The position numbers and the translations under genes are program-made. Shown here in pieces: positions 27,145-36,763 of a DNA stretch of 64,000 nt (positions are counted from its first letter, which is position 1; the number at the start of each line of letters is the position of its first letter). Under the pieces are notes generated by a model. That model was not told the origin of the DNA, did not search any database, and was given only the letters and a program-made list of their open reading frames with translations. This DNA is from Pseudomonadales bacterium (GTDB lineage Bacteria; Pseudomonadota; Gammaproteobacteria; Pseudomonadales; Azotimanducaceae), in NCBI GenBank assembly GCA_965208815.1, contig OZ242357.1, forward strand, positions 1,447,710 to 1,511,709, read 5' to 3'.

Positions 27145-29490
27145 ATGAAGAAACACTTTAGCAGTAACGAAGTTCCACTAGCGCAATTGCTCGATCAGTC
27201 AGCTACAGGAGTCCTACAGTTACCAGACTTCCAGAGAGGGTGGGTGTGGGACGACGATCACATTCGAAGTCTACTGGCTTCCATATCGCTCTCGTACCCA
27301 ATAGGGGCAGTGATGACTCTTCTAGTATCTCGAAATTCCGAAGTAAATTTCAAAGCGCGTGTACTTGAGGGTGTGAAAGCATCTTCGGTGCGTACGCCTC
27401 AAAGTCTTCTTTTGGATGGACAGCAAAGACTAACTTCCTTGTTTCAGGCACTTGTATCAATGGAACCTGTCGCTACGCGGGATGCTCGAGGACAAGAGAG
27501 AAGCCGGCACTACTACGCACACATTGGTATATGCATCAATCCGGAATCAGATAGGGAGGAAGAAGGAATTCTTAGTATTCCCTCCGATCGCATTGTTCGA
27601 CGAGACTTCGGCAGAAGAATTGAATTGGATCTGAGCACTCGAGAGCTTGAAGTTGCTGCAGAAATGTTTCCGCTAGGTATAGTGCTCGACAGTAGCAAGA
27701 CTATGGATTGGCAAATGGAGTATTTGCAGAATGGGCAAGGCGATCCCTCAGATCGCTTGGACAAGTGGAAAGACTTTCAGGAAGCAGTGATCAATCCCAT
27801 TGTTCAGTATCACGTACCAACAATTGAGCTCGATGTTTCAACGCCCAAGGAAGCAGTCTGTCAAGTATTCGAAAAAGTCAACACGGGTGGTGTGACGCTG
27901 ACAGTGTTTGAACTATTGACCGCAACATTCGCTGCCGAAAACTTCGAACTACGAAAGGACTGGGAAGATCGCCGAGCGCGTATGGCCCAGCACGATCTAC
28001 TAAAGGGTGTCGATGGAACCTCGTTCTTACAAATCATCACCCTTCTATCAACATACAAACGACGAAGACTGCAATTAGTGACTCAGTCTAAGGACGAAAG
28101 GATTTCAGCAGTGTCGTGTAAACGACGCGACGTACTTCAATTGTCGCTGCAAGATTATCGAGATTGGGCGGACGTCGCCGAACGAGGTCTCTTGCGCACG
28201 ATACCGTTTCTTCACAGCCAGAAGATCTTTCAATCAAAGGACATTCCCTACGCAACACAATTGTTGCCCCTTGGCGCCATCTTTGGATGGCTAAGCGTGG
28301 AAAACAAGCACGAATCATACGTTAACCAGCAAAAGCTAGGGCAGTGGTATTGGTGTGGCGTGCTTGGTGAGATGTATGGAGGGGCCTCAGAGACGCGCTT
28401 TGCAAACGATGTGGAGGACTGTATCGCCTGGGTTGAGAATCACGAAGAACAGCCACCTCGCACTGTGCGGACCGCACAATTTCAGGCCGACCGACTCCTT
28501 ACGCTTCGCACTCGAAACAGCGCAGCATACAAGGGACTTTATGCGCTACAAATGAAACAGGGCAGCCGAGATTTTAGGACTGGCCAATCAATTGACGTAC
28601 ACGCGTATATGGAGCACGCAATTGATATTCACCACATATTTCCACGGACTTGGTGCGATCAGCACGAAGTTAGACCTAGTATCGCTGACACTATCGTCAA
28701 CAAGACGGCACTTGACGCACACACGAATCGCCGAATTGGAGGCAATGCTCCCAGCATCTACCTGTCAAGAATCGAGGCGAATGATGGTATTGAACCGCAA
28801 GTTCTGGATGGATTTCTACGTTCGCACGACATCGACCCGTTAGCCTTACGTGGAGACCAGTTCAAGCAATTCTTCAATAGGCGATTTGAAAGCCAGTTAA
28901 GGCAGGTTGAACGGGCCATGGGAAAGCCGGTGAATCGAAGTCCTGAGCTCAAGGCAAGTCCATTCATAGAAAACGATGCTGAATTGGATGGAGATCTGCA
29001 AGCGCTAATTAATTCGGGAGAGTCAATTGTCCTCGAGTTTAAGTCGACAGCTCGGCGAAATCTTAGGACACATACAGTAGATTACGCCATCACATGGTCG
29101 ATTGTTAAGACAGTCGCGGCATTTCTTAATACGAATGGAGGAACACTTCTTGTAGGAGTCGATGACAACGGTCATCCTATTGGCATCGAAAAAGACTTCG
29201 ACCTTGTCAGAGGAAAGAACCGAGATGGTTGGGAATTGTGGCTGACGTCGGCAATTACAAATGCCCTTGGACAAGTGGCAGCAACAGACATTTCCACAGT
29301 CTATAGCTGCCTGAATGATGTCACTATTGCTCGGCTGGACGTCCGACCTAGTATAGATCCCGTCTTCGCTAAGAAATCAGACGAGAAACACCAGCGTTTC
29401 TTCGCTCGAATCAACAATTCGACACAGGAGCTCTCCGGGCAAGGAGCACTTGCGTATCAGCAAAAGCGATTTCCTAAGCGAGAGCTCTAG
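27145..29490 (+). CDS. GmrSD-family (DUF262 + DUF1524/His-Me) Type IV restriction-like nuclease fused to a C-terminal AlbA_2/Schlafen-like domain
   Basis: LPDFQRGWVWDDDHI and LLDGQQRLTSL (DUF262). DIHHIFP...NKTALDAHTNRRIG (DUF1524). C-terminal IVLEFKS...VAAFLNTNGGTLLVGVDDNGHPIGI (AlbA_2). Confidence 0.8.
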   Translation: MKKHFSSNEVPLAQLLDQSATGVLQLPDFQRGWVWDDDHIRSLLASISLSYPIGAVMTLLVSRNSEVNFKARVLEGVKASSVRTPQSLLLDGQQRLTSLFQALVSMEPVATRDARGQERSRHYYAHIGICINPESDREEEGILSIPSDRIVRRDFGRRIELDLSTRELEVAAEMFPLGIVLDSSKTMDWQMEYLQNGQGDPSDRLDKWKDFQEAVINPIVQYHVPTIELDVSTPKEAVCQVFEKVNTGGVTLTVFELLTATFAAENFELRKDWEDRRARMAQHDLLKGVDGTSFLQIITLLSTYKRRRLQLVTQSKDERISAVSCKRRDVLQLSLQDYRDWADVAERGLLRTIPFLHSQKIFQSKDIPYATQLLPLGAIFGWLSVENKHESYVNQQKLGQWYWCGVLGEMYGGASETRFANDVEDCIAWVENHEEQPPRTVRTAQFQADRLLTLRTRNSAAYKGLYALQMKQGSRDFRTGQSIDVHAYMEHAIDIHHIFPRTWCDQHEVRPSIADTIVNKTALDAHTNRRIGGNAPSIYLSRIEANDGIEPQVLDGFLRSHDIDPLALRGDQFKQFFNRRFESQLRQVERAMGKPVNRSPELKASPFIENDAELDGDLQALINSGESIVLEFKSTARRNLRTHTVDYAITWSIVKTVAAFLNTNGGTLLVGVDDNGHPIGIEKDFDLVRGKNRDGWELWLTSAITNALGQVAATDISTVYSCLNDVTIARLDVRPSIDPVFAKKSDEKHQRFFARINNSTQELSGQGALAYQQKRFPKREL

Positions 29491-30480
29491 AACGCTTGTT
29501 GCCAGATAGAGTGCTAATTTAAGCCTGAGTCTAATTTCCATAGGATTTCAGCTCGTTTCACGTTTTATGAGGTATGGGTTCCTGGGGGAGCCATTCGATT
29601 ACGCAACGTCTCATACTGACAGAACGTTTTCACCTACAAAGCCATTTATCCCATCCTGACGCGAGGCTTGGTGCAGTGACAGGACAAGCTTACTGCAATA
29701 GCAATTGGTGGTCTCACAACGTGGGCCTCTATACAATTGGTTGAAACCCCAGAATCAAGGATTATGAGATGCCGGGCCCACTGGAAGTAGACTATAGAGA
29801 CATTGAAAGGCTGAGTGCCGACAGATTGACTTGTCTCCTGAGCAAATTGCTCAGATGCGAGGCTACGAAAAACTCCATTCCTCAGAGTTCAATAGAAGTG
29901 GGAATGAACATTAGTGCTCCTGATGGAGGCATTGACGCTCGAATTGAATGGAAGGATATACCAATCAAAACGGATTTCCTACCATGCCAAAGCTGTGTAT
30001 TCCAAATTAAATCTGGCCGGGTTCAACCGAACGACATTAAGCTTGAACTTACAAACAAGGACACAATCAAGCCCCTAATTGATCGAGCGTTCCAATCGGA
30101 GTCTGCATACATCTTGTTCGTTGGTCAAGAGAGAAATGTCATGAATGCCGACAAGTTGAAGAATGCAATTCGAAATGTTCTTAAAAGCAACGGCAAGAGC
30201 TATGCAGATTCAGCATCGATCCACATATATGACGCTGAAAAAATCAGAAATTGGGTTAATTCTTTCCCGTCGGTAACCATGGACGTCTGCAACTGGAGTG
30301 GCAAGCCCGTCCCTACCGGATTGATGTCGTTGGACTCCTGGCAGCAGTTTAGTGATCACGCGGAAACCAACTTCGTAGTCGACGATCAGAGACGTCAAAT
30401 ATATACCTACTGTGTTGCTCAAAAATAGTGGGAATCAAAACGAGGTGTTTTAGTATAGATTCCCCTAGGAGCACACAATC

Positions 30481-30774
30481 ATGTCCAAACGAGTTGCCTT
30501 GACGGCGGAGGAGCGAGGAGAGCTGGTTCTTCGTCTGCTTCGGAAGGAAGCCACGGCATCGGATCTTGCCCGCGAGGCATCAATCTCCGAGCCCACGCTG
30601 TACCAGTGGCGCGACGCCTTTCTTCGCGCTGGATTCGCCGGCTTGAACGGACGTTCCGACCGCGACTCGGAGAGGCGACGGCACGCTCGGGAGCTGGCGC
30701 AGCGGGACCAGGTGATCGGCGAGATGACCGTGGCTCTGAAAGTGCTAAAAAAAAACTTGGGGGTCTCCGAGTGA
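30481..30774 (+). CDS. IS3 OrfA (HTH transposase subunit)
   Basis: 97 aa with an HTH (...ASDLAREASISEPTLYQWR...) and a leucine-zipper-like tail. Confidence 0.85.
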   Translation: MSKRVALTAEERGELVLRLLRKEATASDLAREASISEPTLYQWRDAFLRAGFAGLNGRSDRDSERRRHARELAQRDQVIGEMTVALKVLKKNLGVSE

Positions 30775-31748
30775 CGCAGGAGCTTCGCGATCGGGTTCGC
30801 CAAGAGATGGAGGCCTGGAACGGAAAGCTGCGTCTGACCCGTCTGCTGACCCATCTGGGAGTGTCGACGTCGACGTGGTACCGACTTCCGAAGGGAGACT
30901 CGGAACCTCGGGGACGACCTCGGGATCCCCTCGATCCCGTCCGCGTCGAGGCGGTTCGGGACCTCTGCCGGCGCTATCCTTTCTGGGGCTACAAGCGCAT
31001 CGCGGTGGTGGCCCGGAGAGACGTCGGCCCGGGCTATTCCGACCGTCTGACGTACCGCATCATGCGGGAGCTGAACCTGCTGCAGAAGCGGGCTCCCCGC
31101 CGTGCCGAGCTGCACCAGACGAGGCACCTGTTCGAGCTGCTTCCCTCGCGCCCCAACGATCTGTGGCAGATGGACGTGACCTACCTCCACCTGCCCCAGG
31201 GGCACTGGTGGTACGCGGTGACGGTGATCGACTACTACTCCCGGTACCTGCTGGCGTGCCATCTGACGCCGTTCCAGAACGCGGGCTCGGTGGCGGTCGC
31301 CCTGGATCTCGCCCGGGCCGAGGCGGAGCGCTTCCACGGTCCGCTGGATCGCGAGCCGACGCTGGTCACCGACAACGGCTCGTGCTTTCTGGCCCGCAAG
31401 TTCCAGAAGCACATCGAGGAGCGGTTCTCCCATGTGCGGATCCAGTATCGAACCCCGCAACAGCTGGGACTGCTGGAGCGGTTCCATTCGACGTTGAAGA
31501 AGGAGGAGGTGTACTGGCGCATGTACGACGGACCCAACCATGCCCGGCAGTGTCTCGAGGAGTTCCGCGATCGCTACAACCGGGTGCGGCCGCACTGGGC
31601 GCTCCGGCCCTCCGAGAAGGAGGATCCACTGACGCCCGCCGACGTCTACGAGGACGGCCTGGCGGTCGTCATACCGAAGTGGCAGAAATGGGCGAGGGCG
31701 GCGAAGAAAAAACTGGAGGAGGCAGCTATGGAACGGAAGGCCGCGTAG
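30606..31748 (+). CDS. IS3 OrfB (DDE/rve integrase-core), normally made as an OrfAB fusion by -1 frameshifting
   Basis: The frame is -1 relative to orfA. WQMDVTY...VIDYYSR...TDNGSCF...LKKEEVY are rve DDE motifs. The functional part starts near the A-run at 30747. Confidence 0.85.
   Translation: MARRLSSRWIRRLERTFRPRLGEATARSGAGAAGPGDRRDDRGSESAKKKLGGLRVTQELRDRVRQEMEAWNGKLRLTRLLTHLGVSTSTWYRLPKGDSEPRGRPRDPLDPVRVEAVRDLCRRYPFWGYKRIAVVARRDVGPGYSDRLTYRIMRELNLLQKRAPRRAELHQTRHLFELLPSRPNDLWQMDVTYLHLPQGHWWYAVTVIDYYSRYLLACHLTPFQNAGSVAVALDLARAEAERFHGPLDREPTLVTDNGSCFLARKFQKHIEERFSHVRIQYRTPQQLGLLERFHSTLKKEEVYWRMYDGPNHARQCLEEFRDRYNRVRPHWALRPSEKEDPLTPADVYEDGLAVVIPKWQKWARAAKKKLEEAAMERKAA
30747..30755 (+). promoter_or_regulatory. 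A9 slippery run; candidate -1 programmed ribosomal frameshift site
   Basis: Nine consecutive A at the orfA/orfB overlap. IS3-family members typically frameshift on A-rich heptamers. Confidence 0.6.
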
Positions 31749-34700
31749 CCATGAACCACGAAATTTCTCTACACCGAAAAATTCCCGCTAATTTTGATAG
31801 CAAGACACTACATTCAAGAGCTACTCGCAACAGAACGCAGACAAATGAGAATTACTGGTCTGTCCGGAGTCGGCAAAACTCGTCTCGCAATTGAGGCATT
31901 GCGAGATTGCGATTTCGCTAGGGATAGGGTCGTGTATGTTGACACACAAATCTGTAAGACCTTTAGTCCTGGTTCACTCCAAACATGGATTGAGAGAGAT
32001 TTGAGTGGGACATTGGTTGTGGACAATTGTGATTTGCGGACACACCAGCTTCTCGTAGATCAAGTTACGCGTTCGGAGAGCAAGTTCGCTCTACTCACTA
32101 TGCACCTCGAACCAGATGCCAAATACGATGACTCCTCCGCATTTTTCCTTTCACCAATGCAGGACAAGTACATTAGCGAGATTTTGGAGCCCATCTACAG
32201 GAATCGTATATTGGACTTCGACCGTGTCGTGGAATTTGCACAGGGATTTCCCAAAATGGCAGTACTCCTTGCTAAAGCGAGACTGGCACAATCAAAGGAA
32301 ATTGGGAAGCTTGATGACGACGTAATGTTAGACAAATTATTAGGAGACCAGGCCAAAATTAATCAAGAAAGAAAAATTCTCAGTGCCTGCGCGTTATTCG
32401 ATAAGTTTGGGCTAGTCGACGGCGCATCAGAAGAGTACAAGTTCGTTGCGTCGCAAATCGCCAATGTTGAGAGCGATACTCTCTATGAATGTGTAGCCCG
32501 CCAAGCGAAGAGAGGAATAGTCGGTCGGTTCGGTAGGTACGCACAAGTCGTACCTAAACCATTTGCAATCAGACTTGCTGCGGACTGGTGGGATACTACT
32601 TCCCCAGACAAGATTTCAGGCCTTCTGGAGACCGAAATGCCTGGACAATTGGAAGACAGCTTTTGTAATCAGGTTTCCAAACTCGACTTTTTGCCGCGTG
32701 CTAAACAACTTGCTGCAAAGCTTTGTGGAGAACAAAGCCCTTTTGGGCGAGCGGAAGTGATCCTGTCAGATAGGGGTTCTCGTCTCTTCCGCTATTTTGT
32801 AGAGGTGAATCCCGTGATAACCGCGAATTCCATTCGACGTGCAATTGGTACATTAAGTGATGCCAAGTTGCTCAACATGGTCGGAGCAACACGAAGAAAC
32901 TTAGTTGTTTCGCTTGAAAAGCTCTGTTTTCGTGAGGAAACGTTTGAGACAGCAGGATGGTCTCTCATGCGACTTGCAATGAATGAGAGTGAGTCTTGGA
33001 GTAACAATGCAACCGGCTTGTTCAAACAGCTGTTTAGAGTCTTTGTGTCCGGCACATCCGCTCCCCCAAAAGTCCGACTCAGATTGATTGACTCGGTTCT
33101 TGCGTTGAACATGGATGCGTCCCGCATCTTAGCTATTAAAACACTTTCTTCCGCGCTAGGATCTCACGGGCCCGGTCGACTTGTTGGAGCGGAATTCCAA
33201 GGTAGCAGCACAACATTGGAAGAATGGCGACCCGAGATTTGGCAGGACGCGTTTGATTATTGGGTACAAATTATCAAACGATTGACACAGTTGGCATTGA
33301 ATGACTCTCCTCAACGATCTCTTGCTAAAGCCGAATTGGGCAAGAACATAAGGTTCCTGGTTCTGAGCTCAAGGTTCATTGTTGACTCACTTGACGAAGC
33401 AATTCACAAAGTTGTGAGTTCTAGTGAACCCTTGTGGGTCGAGGCACTTGAGAGTATCACCTACACTCTTGAGGCCATTGATGACGATACCCCAGCCCAT
33501 GCAGTAGACAAACTTCGAGAATGGTATCAATTGCTCCAACCCATCAAACTCGAGGAAAAATTGTTTTTGTACGTGACGTACGCATTCTACGACTATCGCA
33601 AGTCGGTCGAAGGGGACTACATCGACAACGCCACGACCAACGTTGAGATTCTGGCAAAGGAGCTTTCCACTGAGATCGAATCTTTGCTTCCCCATGTACC
33701 GAGATTACTCGAGACAGAACAGAGACAAGGTTTCCATTTTGGACGGACTTTCACCACCCATGCTAACGAATGGGACAGAGTATTCGACTGTGCCGTTGAC
33801 TTCGTAAGAAAACATTCTGACGCTCACATAGGATTTCTCTGTGGAATGCTGGCTGGAATCCACGACATTAGCCCAGCCAATTGGTGCATCCACCTCGATA
33901 GCTTCTCCGAGGACAGAGATCTGGTGCTCTACTATCCCGAATTTCTGAAGACTGGACTAATCAACCCCTCACACCTAAAGACTCTTGTCGAGAAACTGAG
34001 AACCAAATCGTTCGACGTAGATGCCCTTGCGTCACTAAGTCAATGCTTGAGCATGAGTTCGTTGCCAGCAAGATTAGTGGACAGTTTCCTACTTGATGTG
34101 TCCCACCACTCACCAAGAGCCCGATGGGTAGCATTGGACCTATTGACTATGTATTGCCATGGCGAGGACACTCACCAAAATCATAGCAATGTATTCCGCA
34201 GGCTCTCCCTTGCTATCCCTTCGTTTTGGGATCATCGTAGTAGCAGCTCAATTGATTCGCACAATTGGAAGGAAGCTGTGTTCAAAGTCCTATCGTGGAA
34301 TGGTGATCGAGAGTTCGCAGTTTCGATCACAAAAAGAATACTGATGCTGCTGGCCGAAGGAAACTACACCGAGACTACCTATGTTTTCGACCCAATTCTG
34401 CGCAGAGTACTTGATCTATATCCTCAAGAGACATGGCTTGAAATTTCAGCGTTTATAGAAACGGCAAATTCGGCCGAGCGATTCTGTCTAAGGGAACTGT
34501 TCAGGTGTGAAGAGCTCATAGAACGAGAACACCGTGTCAGCCTCTACTCAGAGGTGCCAGAAAATCTGATAGAGGATTGGTGCAGGAACTCACCAGAAAT
34601 CGCACCAATGTTTGTAGCCGAAACGACAGAAGTTTTTCAGACAGATGGGAAAACATTTTCATTGGCACCCCGGGTTGAATTCTTACTGGACAATTTCGGA

Positions 34701-35067
34701 AAAGTCGACTCCATGCTTGACGCTCTTCGAGCCAATTTGGATACGTTCTCTTGGAAGGGTTCTGCGATCAAGCACTATAAGCGAGAAATTTCAATTTTGA
34801 GAAAACTCGAGGAACACTCCGAGCTTGAAGTTCGCAATTGGGCTTTCGGGAGAATCGAAAGACTTAAGGAGCGAATCGAGTATGAAGAGATGATTGAACA
34901 AGAGCGAAGCATTGGTCTAATCGATCGCGGTTGACAGATTGCGATGTGTAGCGATGCTAGTTGGCTTGGGGAAAGACCTGCCGGATGGGTCTGGCAAAAC
35001 CGGTTGTGCGTTATCTCTTGCGTGACTAGACCAATTAGTTTCGTCGAACGAATGATTCAAGTCGACA

Positions 35068-36250
35068 CTACCAAGTGAGGCTATCGCGAAGTAGCAATAG
35101 ACTGGCTTTGTTGCCCATCATCGCTCTCCACATCATCGACGCCGCTTTCTCATGCGCTTCGCGCAGTGCTTCGGACGCTAGCCGCACGTAGCGATTACTC
35201 ATCGCGATCGTCGCGTGACCAAGGACGTCGCGTAGTATGAAGGCATTAGCACCTGTAGCCGCAAGGCTAGTCGATACGGAACGACGCAAATCGTGCAACT
35301 TCACATCTTCCAATTCCGCTTGACTAGTTGCCATGGCAAAGTACTTGCGAAGCGTTCGGTAGGTGATATGCGTGTTCTCATATGCGCCCACGAATACCCA
35401 TTCGTTGCCATTGACTCTTGGTAGTTGAGTCAATGTGTCGATGACTGGATCTACGAGGGGTATGATGCGTCTACCTGTTTTGGTTTTAGGCAACACCATC
35501 CGTGAGGACTCCAGATTCACGTTCTCCCACCGCAACCCCAAGACTTCACCTATGCGAAATCCTGTCATGGCAGCGAATCGATCGCTGCCACCGCAAACGG
35601 CTGATCTGCTTCCAACCCCGTAAGTTCATCGTTCAGTTTGGCCAATTCGGAACTCGACAAGACCCGATCGCGTGGTTCCTCTTTCGTACGTGTTATGCCT
35701 CGGCAGGGATTGGTACCCGGTTGCCTATATTCCCATGTTTCAGCAGGAGTGAAAATTCGGGAAAGGAAAGTGTGCGGTTCCTCATTGTGGGCGCAACAAT
35801 GCCTTCGACAAGCATCTCAATTTCGCGACGCCCAATTCGTTCAATTTTTCTGCCGCCAATCTTCGAACGAACAAAACGAGACTGTTTGAGGTATTCCATT
35901 TCCGTGCGTTCGCACATCCGATTTGCATCGATCCGTGAAGGTACGAACTCACCGAAAAACCGATCCAACATTTCATTGACAGTGGGAGCGAGTTTGGCTT
36001 CGAGTTTGCGCTCTAGGGGGTCGAGTTGGCCCGATCTGATATTGGCAAGTTCCGCACCGGCCATTTCGCGAGCCTTGCGCAATGAGATTTCTGAACATCG
36101 ACCTAGAATTGCTTGTCGTTTGCGTCCCCCAACCGTGTAGCGTAAGATGTAGCTCTTTTTGCGCGGAGTGATTTGCACACCCAATCCTTTGACGACGTTG
36201 TCCCATATCGTGAAGGTTGTTCTCTTGATTGGAAGTCTCGCATCACGCAC
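35068..36250 (-). pseudogene. int: P4-like tyrosine recombinase (integrase) with two frameshifts
   Basis: The N-terminal arm/DUF4102-like ORF is 35693-36250. The middle segment (TFLSRIFT...NPCRGITRTKEEPRDRVLSSSELAKLNDEL...FAVAAI) is readable only in another frame. The catalytic C-terminus, 35068-35568 (R...HDLRR...GH...Y), is in the third frame. Confidence 0.8.
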
Positions 36251-36270
36251 GATCCGCTAAGTTAGCAATT

Positions 36271-36300
36271 TTTTGTCACCTTTTTGTCACCAGAACGACA
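36271..36300 (+). promoter_or_regulatory. Tandem TTTTGTCACC motifs upstream of int; candidate arm-type site or int operator
   Basis: ttttgtcacc tttttgtcacc agaacgaca lies about 20 bp upstream of the int start. It is homologous to 16401-16430. Confidence 0.35.
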
Positions 36301-36469
36301 TAACAACATCAGCAAACGCAAGATTATTATTTCATTAATGGGCTTCTATAAATTAATCAAATCAATTATTTATGGTAAATATGAGCAAATGCAGGAATCT
36401 GTGTTGCTCAAAAATAGTGGGAATCAAAACGAGGTGTTTTAGTATAAATTCCCCTAGGAGCACACAATC

Positions 36470-36763
36470 ATGTCCAAACGAGTTGCATTGACGGCGGAGG
36501 AGCGAGGAGAGCTGGTTCTTCGTCTGCTTCGGAAGGAAGCCACGGCATCGGATCTTGCCCGCGAGGCATCAATCTCCGAGCCCACGCTGTACCAGTGGCG
36601 CGACGCCTTTCTTCGCGCTGGATTCGCCGGCTTGAACGGACGTTCCGACCGCGACTCGGAGAGGCGACGGCACGCTCGGGAGCTGGCGCAGAGAGACCAG
36701 GTGATCGGCGAGATGACCGTGGCTCTGAAAGTGCTAAAAAAAAACTTTGGGGTCTCCGAGTGA
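36470..36763 (+). CDS. IS3 OrfA
   Basis: 97 aa, one substitution relative to copy A in the supplied translation. Confidence 0.85.
   Translation: MSKRVALTAEERGELVLRLLRKEATASDLAREASISEPTLYQWRDAFLRAGFAGLNGRSDRDSERRRHARELAQRDQVIGEMTVALKVLKKNFGVSE

Larger units (their letters stand above)
30411..31807 (+). mobile_element. IS3-family insertion sequence, copy A (1397 bp)
   Basis: TG...CA termini. Imperfect IRs (tgtgttgctcaaaaatagtggg / rc tgtcttgctatcaaaattagcggg). 4-bp TSD CTAC (30407-30410 and 31808-31811). orfA/orfB with an A9 slippery run. Confidence 0.9.
29769..34934 (+). pseudogene. Mrr-like nuclease-STAND P-loop NTPase-helical repeat protein (Avs-like), interrupted by IS3 copy A
   Basis: Fragments 29769-30410 and 31812-34934 are in the same frame once the 1397-bp IS plus its 4-bp TSD (1401 = 3x467) are removed, giving about 1254 aa. 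N-terminal PDGGIDA...FQIKSG (Mrr-type D..QxK). Walker A GLSGVGKT. Walker B LVVDNCD. Long helical C-terminus. Confidence 0.7.

Noticed and set aside
30465-31894. A 376-aa antisense ORF and a 339-aa alternative-frame ORF inside IS3 copy A. Equivalents occur in copy B at 36454-37829.
   Set aside because: Same reasoning. The R/P/G-rich translations overlap the genuine orfA/orfB frames.
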